A stretch of 64,000 nt of DNA from Octopus sinensis (taxonomy: Eukaryota), in assembly GCF_006345805.1 (NCBI RefSeq), contig NC_042997.1, positions 167,958,001-168,022,000 of the forward strand. Reading direction: 5' to 3'. This document shows positions 10,969 through 24,300 of this stretch, one piece after another. Numbering within the stretch: position 1 is the stretch's first letter; every line of letters starts with the position of its first letter. The position numbers were made by a program, and so were the translations under genes. Under the pieces are notes generated by a model, which searched no databases, was not told the origin of the DNA, and was given only the letters and a program-made list of their open reading frames with translations.

Positions 10969-11361
10969 TTGGTAATGTATTTAAAATCACACATTTCCAC
11001 TAGAAATATATTTCATAAAACATTCATAGAAACTTTTTATCCATGGTATTTATATGATTAACCTTGGCCATATAAAAGTAACCAAGAGAGGTAAGAGAAA
11101 GCTGGAGATGACAAAATTTTTGCAATATTTGCCACAAACATAATTTACATTGATACAAAATGTATATATGCACTTCATTTTTAAAGTTTAGGTGAAACGA
11201 TAGGATGATACACAAGCACTCAATTATGAGTGTATTACATCTTAAAGCAGAAACAGTAGTAAGCTCATGAAGTTCATGACAATTTTTTTTATTCCCTTAC
11301 CATTTATCTAATTTCTTCCTACTACTCTGTACTCAACTGATATTTTAGTCTGAAGCAAGTT

Positions 11362-11768
11362 CTCTTTTACTTGTTTCAGTCATTTGAATGTGGCCATGCT
11401 GGAGCACCACCTTTAGTCGAGCAAATTGACCCCAGGACTTATTCTTTGTAAGCCTAGTATTTATTCTATTGGTCTCTTTTGCCAAACCGCTAAGTTACAG
11501 GGACGTAAACACACCAGCATCGGTTGTCAGGCGATGTTGGGGGGACAAACACAGATGCACAAACATATATACACACATACGTATATATATATATATACAT
11601 ATATACGACGGGCTTCTTTCAGTTTCTGTCTACCAAATCCACTCACAAGGCTTTGGTCGGCCCGAGGTTATAGTAGAAGACACTTGCCCAAGGTGCTACA
11701 CAGTGGGACTGAACTCGGAACCATGTGGTTCATAAGCAAGTTACTTACCACACAGCCATTCCTACACC
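11362..11768 (-). mobile_element. tRNA-derived SINE (family with internal TA/TG microsatellite), full length
   Basis: Matches copies at 30096 and 50099: GTGGCTGTGTGGTAAG head, GGCACCTTGGGCAAGTGTCTTCTA core, GACTGAAACAAGTAAAAGAG tail. Confidence 0.9.
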
Positions 11769-11967
11769 TATAAGAAATGTGCCAACCACTGGCTACCGAA
11801 ACTCGGGAATGAACCAGGGACCTTTAAATGTGTATATTTTCTAACACTAAGTTATTAGTATCAACATGCATAAGAGAAATGATAAAATATTCATATTGTT
11901 TACATCAAAAGAATTTAGAAACAAGATATTAAATAAACTGTTAACAGTAGAACTCAAAAGTAGATAA

Positions 11968-12672
11968 AACTATATATAAAGTAAAAATATTGGATTAAAA
12001 AACTCTTGGATGGAAAAAGTTGAAGGCTGCCTTTGGGGCATGAACTCACATCTTTTGTAAACATGGCAGACATTCCACCATTGTTGAAAGCAATCATTCA
12101 AATTTCTCCTGTTTTAGAAGCTTTGTTCCTACCAGCACACACATTACTTTGGGTGCGAAAGAGTTTTGTTTTTATTTTATGCCGAGTAAAAAAGTGTTTT
12201 GTTGACAATCCATTTAACAACAAAGAAACAAAGAGGTGAGTAACAATTTGTCAGTGAATTGCACAATATAAATGGGTACAATTTCCAAGGCTTCCACGAC
12301 ACCCACTCTGTTTCATGGATCACAAAAAGGGTTTTGTAGCATATTAGGAGGCCAGAGTAGTTGATTCCACCCCAAAAAAAAAACGATTATTTTTCTTAGT
12401 GAAAATCGTGCAAGTGTTAATCTACAAATTTAACATTTTTCCATTCATTTCTGTTTATGAACATGTATGCATGCACAAAACATGCAGTAGGTGTACATAC
12501 GTACATGTGTGTTCGTTATATTATATTATATTATATATTATATAATATAACCAATTTCAATGGATTTTGCCCAAATTTGACGTCGATAGAACTCAGTTTG
12601 GTTTGAAATAAAGAACTTGATTAGCTTAATAATCGTAACTTAATCCCAGGCAAGGCCGGGTTATACTGCTAG
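11968..12672 (+). mobile_element. Helitron-like element with canonical 3' end
   Basis: GC hairpin CCC(A)GGC-AAG-GCCGGG at 12645-12660, then 8 nt, then CTAG (12669-12672) followed by T. The 5' boundary is a guess (CTATATATAAAG near 11970). Confidence 0.5.
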
Positions 12673-12728
12673 TATATATATATATATATATATATAAATA
12701 ATATATATTTTACAAGCATAATATATAT

Positions 12729-13102
12729 AGGTGCAAATGTGGCTGTGATAAGTTTACTTCCCAACCACATGGTTCCAGTTTCAGTCCCACTATGTAGCAC
12801 CATGGGCAGGTGTCTTCTACTGTAGCCTCAAGCCAACGAAAGCCTTGAAGGATTTGAAAGGATGTGAAAGAAACCCATTGTGTATATATATATATGTGTG
12901 TGTATGTGCTTGTCCACTGTAACTATTTGATAATTAGTGTTGGCTTGTTTACATCTCTGTAACTTAGCAGTTCGGTAAGAGGCTGATACAATAAGTACCA
13001 GGCTTAAAAGAATAAATACTGGGGTCGATTTGTTCGACTTAAACCTTCAAGGCAGTGCCCCAGCCTAGCCACAGTCCAATGCCAGAAACAAGTAAAAGAT
13101 AG
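12729..13102 (+). mobile_element. Diverged copy of the microsatellite-containing tRNA SINE
   Basis: Same head, core and tail order as the 30096 and 50099 copies, with more substitutions. Confidence 0.8.
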
Positions 13103-13778
13103 TATTTTTGTATGGGATAACAAAAAGTCAGTGCATCAGACAATACTTTCTGAAATTGTTTTGCTCCTCTTACAAGGCCGCTAAAATATCATCTAGCAGG
13201 ATCACATCGGACATTCAACAAATCAGGATAATGTAATTATTAGTTGGGTTATAATCAAATTTTAAAGAAATATAACAAAGTTAAAAACATAGAAAGGGGA
13301 TCACTGAAAAAGACAAACAAAAACATGACAGGGCAGGATGTAAAGATTCAATGAAAGACAACAACAAACCACATTAAGTCAAAGAGGATAAATTCTTTTA
13401 TATTCACATCTACAATATCGTTGATATAGGTTTATGTACAAGTCAAAATGGTGATGGTAATTGCATTAGTATTAACAGCAATAGTAACAATTTTAATAGA
13501 TAATAGTAGTAGAAATAACATTAATAGTAGAAAGAATAGAGTTCCATGAAAACTTCAACACATGGTATTAACATACATTTCTAGATAACAGGAAAATACA
13601 CCCAGTCTCCCATTTTTCTGCATCATCCTACATTTATTTCTCCTCTTCCATGTTATTTGTAATACATCTGTGCTCTATAATTCTAGCCATAAATACTTTA
13701 TCATCAAATTAAACATTTTATATATATAATGAAGTTTAAAGTTTATTTTTAAAGCATGAGTCAAACAAAATTTAATTT

Positions 13779-13819
<41 letters not shown>

Positions 13820-14179
13820 ATAGTATTGAAAAGAGAGAGAAAGCTCTACACTGCATTTGGTGGATATTGTTGATTAACAGTACTACCAATGGCATTTTGC
13901 AAGCACTGCACTTAAAAATACTGGTAGTCATGTCCATATTGGTAGTCTAATCCACAATGGATGCAACAACCAAGCATTCTTAAGTAGAGAACTTGAAAAA
14001 TGTGAACTTTCCAAATGAAACCAGTGGTCGCACTGCTAATAAATAAAGCATCTAAAGTATTATAACTACAATATTGTTGCAACTACAAAATATTAAATAT
14101 AATCACTAAGTTCAAAAGAAATATGAATTCTCAGATCACATCTCAGAATTTTATTTTAACTACATCAAATTAACATTAA

Positions 14180-14395
14180 CCCTTTAACATTCAGATTACT
14201 CTGTCAACTGTAATGTTCATTTATTCACATTGGTTTGAATTAATTTTGCATTGTATCATTGCGTTGAGATTTCGATAACATGCCTTTACTTTTAGAATGA
14301 CATTGTGGGGTTGGTGTGAGAAGCTGGATCTGTCCAGTTTGAACAGAAAACAAAGAATATTTAAGTTAGACATAGCCAATTTAAATGCTAAAGGG
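14180..14395 (+). mobile_element. piggyBac-type MITE
   Basis: TTAA|CCCTTTAACATTCAG ... AAATGCTAAAGGG|TTAA; same family as 60249-60447. Confidence 0.85.
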
Positions 14396-15914
14396 TTAAA
14401 AGGACATAGAACAATTTCATATCAACACAGCTGAGAGAATTTTTACTGTCATAATTCTCTTTTAGTGGTTTCAGTCATGCTTAGGCAAGGCCTTCAAAAG
14501 TTTTAGTCAATATCATCCCTAGTACATAGTCTGGTATTTCGTTGAATGGATATGTTCCTCTAAGTCTCTTGTAAAGATGTAAAAACTATAAGGTATTTAC
14601 ACCTGTATATATTAAGTGCCAGATTGATTCAGGTTCATGGAATTATTAGAGCATCAGATGAGATGCTTGGTGGTATTTATACAGCCCTCTGTATTCTGAC
14701 AGCAACAACTATAATGACACTAGTCAAGCCCTTGCCTTCGCCTTAACTCTTCAGCCTTCATATAACCCAGTCAAAAATAATGTTTATTTAGTCATTGTTT
14801 TCAAATTAATCATGTGTTCTCTTGTTTTGAGATTTCAATGATATGGTTGTTTATTTGGGTCTGATACAGCTGGTTTAAATGCTAAGATGGGGAAACTTGC
14901 ACATATGGCAAACTACTCTGTTGAGGCACTTTTCTAGTACAGAACCATGCCTTTACAAAATGGAGAGGTATTAGTCAACTCTAGGTTATAATAGAAGAGA
15001 CATGCCCAAAGTGTTACGTAGTAACATTGCACTCAAGAAATGTAGACGCAAAGCAAACTTCTCAAACACACTCATGATTTTTACTATTATTAAATATTAT
15101 AGAAGAAAATTCTATTATTAGATCAGAAATTGTTTTTGTTATAAATACATTGTTTATTGATGTAACTACATTTATAATAATAAATAAAACTACAATATAT
15201 ATATCTCATTATAACTGCAATATTTATATATCACAGCATCATTAGGACATTATAACAAAAAGTTTATATTTATAACTGCAACATATTTATTCAGCATAAC
15301 AGTAAAAATAAAAAACAATTTAAAGTGAATGATGGAAGAGAGAGAGAAATATTGTAGAGATGAAGTGTTATTACAGACTATTTGGAGTGTTAAAGCTCAG
15401 CTTCTCACTATCTCCATATATATTCTTCACTAGCCAATATAATAGAAAGACATGAAAATAATTGTTACCATTCCACAGATTGTCTTGCTAATGTGTTGTT
15501 ATCAGTATTTTTGTTCTCCTTACATTTAAGCTGAGGATGATATTTATCCTTAGATTTTGTTGAAAAAGAGAAATAGAATGTTTTTTTATAAACGTCCAGC
15601 AATCAATTTTATTTTTAGTACTTATAAATCATCAATGTGAAAAAAATATGAAATATATTGAAAAAAGATTTCCTTTTTTTTAATATATACATTAGCACAA
15701 AGCTACAGATCTGCAGAAGTATAGTGTAGTTGACTGAATTAACTCCAGTATATGTACAAGTATTTATATTATTAAAGTCTTCCACACTAGAATTTGAACT
15801 TGAACGCAGAGACACAAAACTAAATGCATATAAAATTTTACTTTTTCTGTCTCCCTGATTGAAATCCTGTTATGGCTGACTTGCCTCTTCATTTCTGCTT
15901 CACTAAAAAGTTTC

Positions 15915-17290
15915 TAACACTGGCACAAAGCCAGAAATTTAAGGAGGGCTATAGCTGACTGAATTCCCCCAAAAGGGGATGCAGGGTAAGAATAAATTTT
16001 GGTGAGATTTGAACATAAATGACCATAACTAAACAGAGCAAGGTATTCTTATCCAGTAATAATGATTCAACTTTCTTACATAGATACAAGACCACAAATC
16101 TGGTGGAGTTAGTCAATGACACTAACTCCAATAATGGACTGATATATTTTATCAATCCCAGAAGAATGAGAGGTAAAGTTAACATTGGTGGGATTTAAAC
16201 TCAGAACATATAGAACTATTTCAAAGCATTTTGTTTGATGCTCTAACAATTCCACCAATTCACCTCATAACAATAATAATTTATTATATAAGCACAATTT
16301 ATTATTTAAGCACAAAGCTACAAATTTATAGGGAGGAAGATAAGACAGTTATATCTCTCACAAACAGGAATAAAAACTCAAGTCACAGAACGTGCTGGAC
16401 AGCAACTCTATTTGCATAGAGAATACATAATAATAATAGTTCCTAATTTAGGCATAAGGCAAGAAATTTTGAGAGGTATGGGCTAGTTCATATTGTATTT
16501 TATCAACCCTGGAGGGATGAACGATACAGTTGATCTCAGTGGGATTTGAACTGAGTGTAAGGAGCTGGAACAAATACCGCAAGGCACTTTTTCCAATGCT
16601 CTAATGATTCTACCAGCTTGACACCCTGAAGACTGTTCCTAAAATAAGCACAAGGCTTGGAATTTGTGAGAAGCATGGTTAGTCAGTTAAATTAATCACA
16701 GTATTTGACTGATACTTTATTTTGCCAAACATGGAATACAAAGCTGACATCAGGGAGATTTGAACTCAATAGATGAACAGACAGAATGAATACCATAAGG
16801 CATATTTGTGCGATGCTTTAATAATTCTGCCAATTTACCAAAATAATAATAATTTTTGTTTCTAAGTACAAAGCTACAAATTAATAAGGGAGAAGAATGG
16901 GATGTTAAAGCAGTTCTAGTTCTCACAAGAGCATTACCAAACTAACTGAAGTAAAACTGCTTTAAACAAGAATAAACCAAGTCACAGAATAGATGAGAGC
17001 TCAATAATAATAATTTCTCACATTTGTCCAAGGCCACATATATATAAGGGAGTACGTACATATATATAAGGGAGTAAGTACATATATATAAGGGAGTAAG
17101 TAATCTATCAGTTCAATTCATGAATACCTTTAGTTCCTCTTTATTTTCATTAATCTAAGTGAGGACTTTTACACTGGAAAATTGTAATCATCTGAATTAA
17201 AATCAGTTTACCAATGGTATTTATTTTATCAATCCCAGAAAAATATAAAAGGTGGAGTCAGCTACAAGATCTGAATTTGAAGTCAAAGAA
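15915..17290 (-). mobile_element. Cluster of about 4-5 old, co-oriented SINE remnants
   Basis: Repeated degenerate GCACAAGGC..AAATTT, TTTATCAA.CC..AAGGATGAAAGG.AAAG and GGATTTGAACTCAG segments near 15.9, 16.15, 16.45, 16.65 and 17.2 kb. Confidence 0.55.
17037..17102. repeat. 22-nt tandem repeat x3 (CATATATATAAGGGAGTAAGTA)
   Basis: Three adjacent units, one substitution in total. Confidence 0.95.
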
Positions 17291-18381
17291 GATGAAAAAG
17301 AGAAAAAAATTATAGTGTAGTGAATGAAATGTAAGGTTCATGCTTTAGTCATGAGCAATAATGGTAATAAGAAATCAATTTTAATTAGGAGCTGAAGCAA
17401 GTTCACAGAAACTACACCAGGTAGTTGCTTCTTGTGTTAGGGTACTTGTCATACTAATGTAGGTGGTGATGATATCATAAATGAGAACATGACTATGAAA
17501 CCCTATGGGGAAAGAAATTGGGTGCATTGTTCATACTGTTCCAACAGAACATTAGCAGCCATTCATTCATCTTCTATCTGTTCTACTACACACACCACAC
17601 AATAATAACTTTACATATTGGCAAAGGGCCAAAAATTTGTAGGTGTGTTGAAAAGTTGACTGAGTTAACTCTAGGATATTAATGTTATCTATTCTGTTAA
17701 TAACAATTAAGATAATAATTTCAATTGATTAAGCTCAGGATGACCAGCTTTTGGAGGCACAGTGTACAATTAATTGATCAGGCCTCAACATATCCAGTAT
17801 GAGCTTCTGGTATCAATCTCTCTAGGATGAAATGCAAAACAAACTAAAAAAAAGATTTAAACCCAAAACAAAAATGGACAAAATTACAAAACAAAATTCT
17901 CTAAGGTGCTTTAGGCAGAGAGGTCTGATGCATCAGAGGTCTCTACCCAAATCATACCCCATAAAAATCATAATATAAACTTAGCATCAGTTTCAGAGTT
18001 TTCACTAACAAGATGTTTATTGATTCAGGAGAAATGAGAAATGGAGGGTGTGAAAATATGGAGATGGAATTGTGTGCTAAACCAGTTGTAGAAAATAGTC
18101 ATTTGTTTCAAGTGAGCAAGAAGGCAGATTTAGGGGGGGGGGGGACTCAGGAGCAACTAGGGTGTCGGCTCACTGGTTACTTATAAATAAAATCAATCTT
18201 CTATTTACTGTTTGTGTACAAGTGTTTATGTATTATCACAGACCAGTGCATTTCATTCCAGCTGTTTTAGAAACACTCTATTACTTCACAAGGTTTTGTT
18301 GTGTATATTTATGCATTTCTGTATGTATGTGTGCAACAAAGAAAGTTTCTGAGGTTGACGAACAGGAGGGAGGAAAAATTG

Positions 18382-21300
18382 TCAAGAATCACAAGCGGCA
18401 GTCACTTTCTCGGGAAGTTCACAGCCAACGTAAGCATCATTCTCTACACAGTACTTCAATAATGTTAACCAATAGAAATCCTGGAAAATAAACAAAAAAT
18501 TTAAATAAATTACAACATTAACAATTTCTAATGCAAGTACAAGGTTATTCTATCCCCACCTCCCTATGAGAAAATATCTGATTGATTACTTTGGACCTAA
18601 ATTTTTACTATCTACTGTATTATTCCTATAGAATAGGCACTGGCTGTTATTGTGGTACAAAGGGATGAAAAGTAATATGGAGTTAAGTGAATATCAACAT
18701 TTTCAATAATATTATTCCAGCTCTCTCACCAACACAAACTAGCAACCTTTTGAATTAAATTACCCAAACCCTCTCAGTCTAGAAAGGTTCTTCACTTAAA
18801 AATGAACATAACAGTGCAATATTACTATCTCTGAGTTTCCACTTAAATGTTGTGGCCATCAGGTAAGAACTGTTTTGTAATTATATAATTATAAAATCTT
18901 TAGTTCTGAACAAATTCTAAAATTAACATGTATTGAATACCGAGTGAAGTAATATATCTACATAATAAGACACAAGAAGTTTTAAAATACTCTCCTCTTG
19001 CTGTATTCATATGTTTGTCTGTGTATTTAAACAAAACCAAATCTTAACAAGTGTGATTCTGTGAAACTCCTCCACTGTCTAATCTTTACAATCAGGCATC
19101 AACCTACAAAACTTCAAGCTGAACATCGGTTGAATCAAATGTAGCAATCTTGGAAGGCTAGCAATTGATACAAGCACTGTCTCACTTTCTTGGACAAGCT
19201 AAACTAAAATATTTACAGTAGTGGGGTATAGTTAATAAAATCAACTACAGTATATTACTGGTAACTGAGGAAGCTTCTATATGGTGGCTCAATCTGCTAA
19301 AAACGGGAACCAAAACAACCCCAAATTAAATGCTACTACTTTGTATAATCTTAGACATACTGTATTTAAAAATAGTTTCAGCTTGATTAGGGTGAATGTT
19401 GATAATGCCATATACCAGCTGTTATTGTGGTACAAAGAGATAAAAGTAATATGGAGTAAAGTGAATATCAACATTTTCAATAACACTATTCCAGTCTTAT
19501 CACTTGCATTTTTTTACATCAAAAAATAAAAATTCAGAAACATGCAATTTCATGGGTTGGTAAGCATACTCTGTTCAATGTTGGTCAAATAACCATCAAA
19601 TTGTTCTCTATTTTAATGTTGAACAATAACCCTTCTTTCTACACGACTATACCAACATCAGCTTCAAACTGTTTTGTTGCACTACTCTCATTAAGAACAT
19701 GGCTTAGTGGTTAGGGTGCTGCACTCACAATCATAAAAGTGTAGTTTAAATTCCTGGACCAGGTGTGTTGTGTTCTTGAGCAAAACACTCCATTTCATGT
19801 GGTTCCAATCCACTGAATAGTAAATGAGTCCCAGTAATAGCTGGGAAGTTAACCCTGTGATAGACCAGCATTCTATTCTATTCAGTGGGGAGTGTTGTAA
19901 TTTCAGTCACAACTATGCCATTGAAAGCCAAGTCAAACTCTGACCGTATTAGTGTTAGGTCTCGTGACAGACCTACATACACTTCCATTATTGATTCATT
20001 CATCACATCACTGCAACAAATTAAGTAAGTCTTTGTCCACAACTACATCATTCCAGGACATCCTAACACATGTTGATTTTACAAATATATAACAGTGTAT
20101 TACTTCTGCATATAATTTGACAAAGGAGGATACGGCTTTCAGTTTGAGTTTTGATTGTGAATAAGAGTTGCATGTTAGAGAAGTACATCATTAAGAGCTA
20201 TAGTTTTCCATTTATTCATTGCAGCATACACAGGACTTTTTCCTATTGCTAACAATACAACTTTTAAGGAATATAACTTGCTTTCAGCTATGGAGATGCC
20301 AATAAATACAGATATGGGCTTTGCTCAGACACACAGGTCAATGACTAGAATAAAATTTAAAGTTTAAACTCATTACTATGTGTTCCACACCATAACCTCA
20401 GCCATTTACTTACACTAATATCCTCCTCACCATAAAAAAAATACATTCCCTAAATTCTCAAATCTAAGAGAACTCTGTCAAGTTACTGGAGATTCACAAG
20501 AGTACAACTAATTATGATATAATAAGAAATCCTTGTGTTTACTTACATGCATCAAGACATAGGGGTTGCCTACAATTATGAGCAGTGCTTGAGCACGGGT
20601 TATGCACACATTGAAACGCTTGGGGTTGCAAAGGAAACCCAAAATGTGGCGCTGATCAAAGTTCATTAGTTCTTCATTGGTACGAACCTATGAGGGAATA
20701 AAAGTAATTAGAAAGTTGGAATCAAATTCAAAAGCAAAAGATGAGATGTATGATGACGGAGCCTTCACATGGCTGCTCAATCTGTTAGAAATAGCAGTCA
20801 AACACTTAAATCACACCCTAAAGAGAGACATTAAATAGTATAATCCTATAAACCACTAAAAACTAGGGATGTCATGATTGAGGTGCTTTTTCTCATGTTT
20901 CCTTCCTTGAGGTTGACCTGGAGTTAAACAACAATACAACAACCATCACATGGACTAAACATGAAAGCCTCTATATAGCCACCTGACCTGCTAGAAATAG
21001 CAGTCAAATCTCCCAGATAGAACACAATGTACTTCTATATACCCCTAAAAGGACAGACTGGTTATAGCAAGAATGTCTCAGATGATAAGTTTGCTTATTA
21101 AAGGATGAGTTGGGGCTAAAACAATATCTACCACCACCATTCATATTTTATCCTCTAAATTTGCCAAATTTTTATTATGCTTATCAGAAAAATTACTGGA
21201 GTTATATTTTTCAAGCAAATCAATCCAAAAATAGGAGTAAATATTAAAAAGAAGTGGTTAGTCCATGAAACAATAATCTTATAGTCATCTCTTTTACATA

Positions 21301-24300
21301 GAAAATGTTTTTAATGTCAGGTCTCTATCTCAGCTTTTCTTATAAGTTAACATTACACATCCAAAAGGCAACATAAAATATTTTTCTCCACCCATTGTAA
21401 ACCCTCTGCACTTATTGCTCATGGCCCTCTGCCATACAATATCACACTCCTTAGATTTCACATACTTGAAACTTCAACAACCCAACTATCACTAACTGTC
21501 TTTGGTAAAAAATTATCTCAGTTAGGTAACAGAATTTCAAGCGACCTGTAATAGCATCAGTAATACTTACTGCTGAAACTATTATTGCCTTCCTTTCTTG
21601 GCCTTGGAACTCTTCAACAGAACCAACTTTTACAACATCTCGGCCAAGGTGGGACAATAACATACGAATCTTCTCTACCTGTAATAGCAACAAAAAGATC
21701 ACTACAGTAATTCTATGGTTAATTGTAGAAGATAAAACAAACAACAAAAACTATGAAAATATAAAAAAAAAACAAAAAGCAAAATTCAAATACAACCACC
21801 CACACAGCACTCCACCCAACACACAACCCAGATGGTACTCCACCCAAAATATAGCTCACAAAGCAATCCACCCAACAGATATACCTGACATATCTAATAA
21901 CATATCAGAAACTATAACAGTATCTTCCTACCCCTGATGGAAGTGTGCCATATCCAGTTAGCTGGATATGTGTGCCACTCGTGAAGATTTTGGTGATAAT
22001 GTACATCTAACAGAATTCACAAGAACTAGAACAGCTTTAATAACTTACATACATTGAAAAGCAATTTATTCTAAGTCATTCTGGTTTATATATTAGGGAA
22101 GTGAACAAGAATACACCTGCTTTGACAAGGTCATCCTGCAAAAGCAGTAATACAAACAGTTGCCAGACTTTCAATGCTAACAGTTATAAATTAAAAATTC
22201 CAACTACATACCTGTTTTCTATAAGGAGTAATAATACCAATATCTTCTTCAACCAAATAAGAGCTGTAATCAGCTAAAAGGCCCTGCAAATATCTCACTA
22301 CTTGTACAGTCTCAAAAGGATTAAACCATGAAGGACAGTTGCCTTCCCTCAGATCTTCACCCTAAAAATATAAAAATAAAGTATTAGGTAAAGCTGAAGC
22401 TGAAAGAATTCGTAAATTCTTCAAAGAATCAGATTAAGCAATTATATTAGTTTACCAATTTAATAAAACAAGTTCAAACAGTAGAGCAGATTACTTGATG
22501 TGTATCAACAAATTAAAAACAGCAGTGTTGAGTAAAGATTTTCTCAAAGGGTAGAATTACCTTGTGGAAGAAAAATTTTTAGCTATTTCAGAACACACAC
22601 ATGCTTATGTCCACTACAAAGTGTCAAAACTTTTCAATACACTGACAGAATTCCACTGTAGATTATTTATCTCTTTTATACATCATAAGACCTCAAAGCA
22701 TACTTTTATATCCAGACATAGTTTTTTCAATTTATATTGCCATCTGTACCCTGGTCTTCGCTCTATGGAAAAACAGGATTACTCAATCTTTTCCCCTTAA
22801 AAACTGCATCTCTCTAGAATTTCCACCCTGTCTCAATACTACTTTCAACCATTAACAATGAAAATATCCAAACTAAGAAGTGACTATTTAATGTTAATCT
22901 ATTGTAAGTATAAGGCTATAAATATTACCTTTCCTCCCACTTCTCAAAAATAAGAAAATGTACAGCTAAATTTTAGGATCTTACTAATATTTAATGTATC
23001 AATCCCCAGTTGGTGAAACAAAAGTCAACTCTGGTAGAATTTTTAACTCAAAATAGGTTATTACCAAAACTACACCCAGTATCTAAGAAGCACAAAATGT
23101 CTTGTCATCTCTTCTACATACATTTTTATTGTTTTGCATCTTATTTTAGTAAGGAATGGTTACAGGAGCAATTATTTTTACAGTTAAATGTCTTACCAAA
23201 CTAGAACTTGACTAATTAATAGAGAAAATGAAGTTGAGAATTATGTACCTTGCTCTGAGGGTAATGTTTGAACTTATGGACACTTGATTAGAAGTCTAAA
23301 ACCTAAATCTCAGCTGCTGGGTCTCTTTATTTCCGGTTATTAACTCTACACTCACAAATAAGTATGAAATAAATTCAATAAAAAAATACTTACCCGAATT
23401 CCATGAAAAAGTATTGGCACCGTCTTGTTGGGTAACGACTTCCATCCACAGAGGCTGTGGGTAAGTGTTTTCTCTGCTTTCACCTCCAGTTCATTGGCAT
23501 AGAATAGAACTGATGGTAGCTGCAGCAAAGCAGGATGGGAACGATAGTTGTATATAAGCTTCGTCACCTACAATGAAAATGATGTTAATGAGACTATGCT
23601 ACAGAAGCAAGGCCCTCATGGACCTCTTTCATTTAGAAATTATATTTTAAAAACTTCTAGTAGTCCTAAAATTTTTTACACCATAACTAAGTAAGTACAC
23701 AGAGCAAATTTAAGATGAAATTTCATCATCTATCTTTTTATCTTAGTGTAATCTTGATATATTGACACCATAGTATGGAACTGGCCCCACAGAACAAACT
23801 ATAATTGTATCAGGTTAGTTTTACTTGTGACTTGAATCACATGTTTGTGCTTATGAGACATGCAGCACCAGTCCAACCATGAAATCCCTGGCCTAACATA
23901 CCTCCCAGGTCTTGGATACTTTAAGTGGGGTTACTTCTGTTGCAAGCATTTGGATCCCTTATCTTCCCATACTTTTTCTTTTGTTGATATTATCCTACAG
24001 ATGTTCAGGAAGGACATTAGCAATATATTTCTCAATAGCTTTCCCAGACTAGTGAGACAGATGTACTCAGTAACCAACAAAGATAATGAGCCCTACCCTT
24101 CCTCCCTGACTAACTCCTTAAAAAACAAAGCCACATATACAATCAGGATTAAACATGATCCCAGTCACATATAACCCAATCAAATTCATCCTCTTAAACA
24201 GACAGCCCAAATCCAAAACAATCACTCGCACAATCATGTGTTTTTGAACAATAATAACCATTAACCCAAATATGAGTCACTGATTCTGAGCCAATGTAAC

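Noticed and set aside
23860-24174. 104-aa + strand ORF antisense within a MOV10L1 intron
   Set aside because: No recognisable domain or splice context; possibly decayed LINE sequence.
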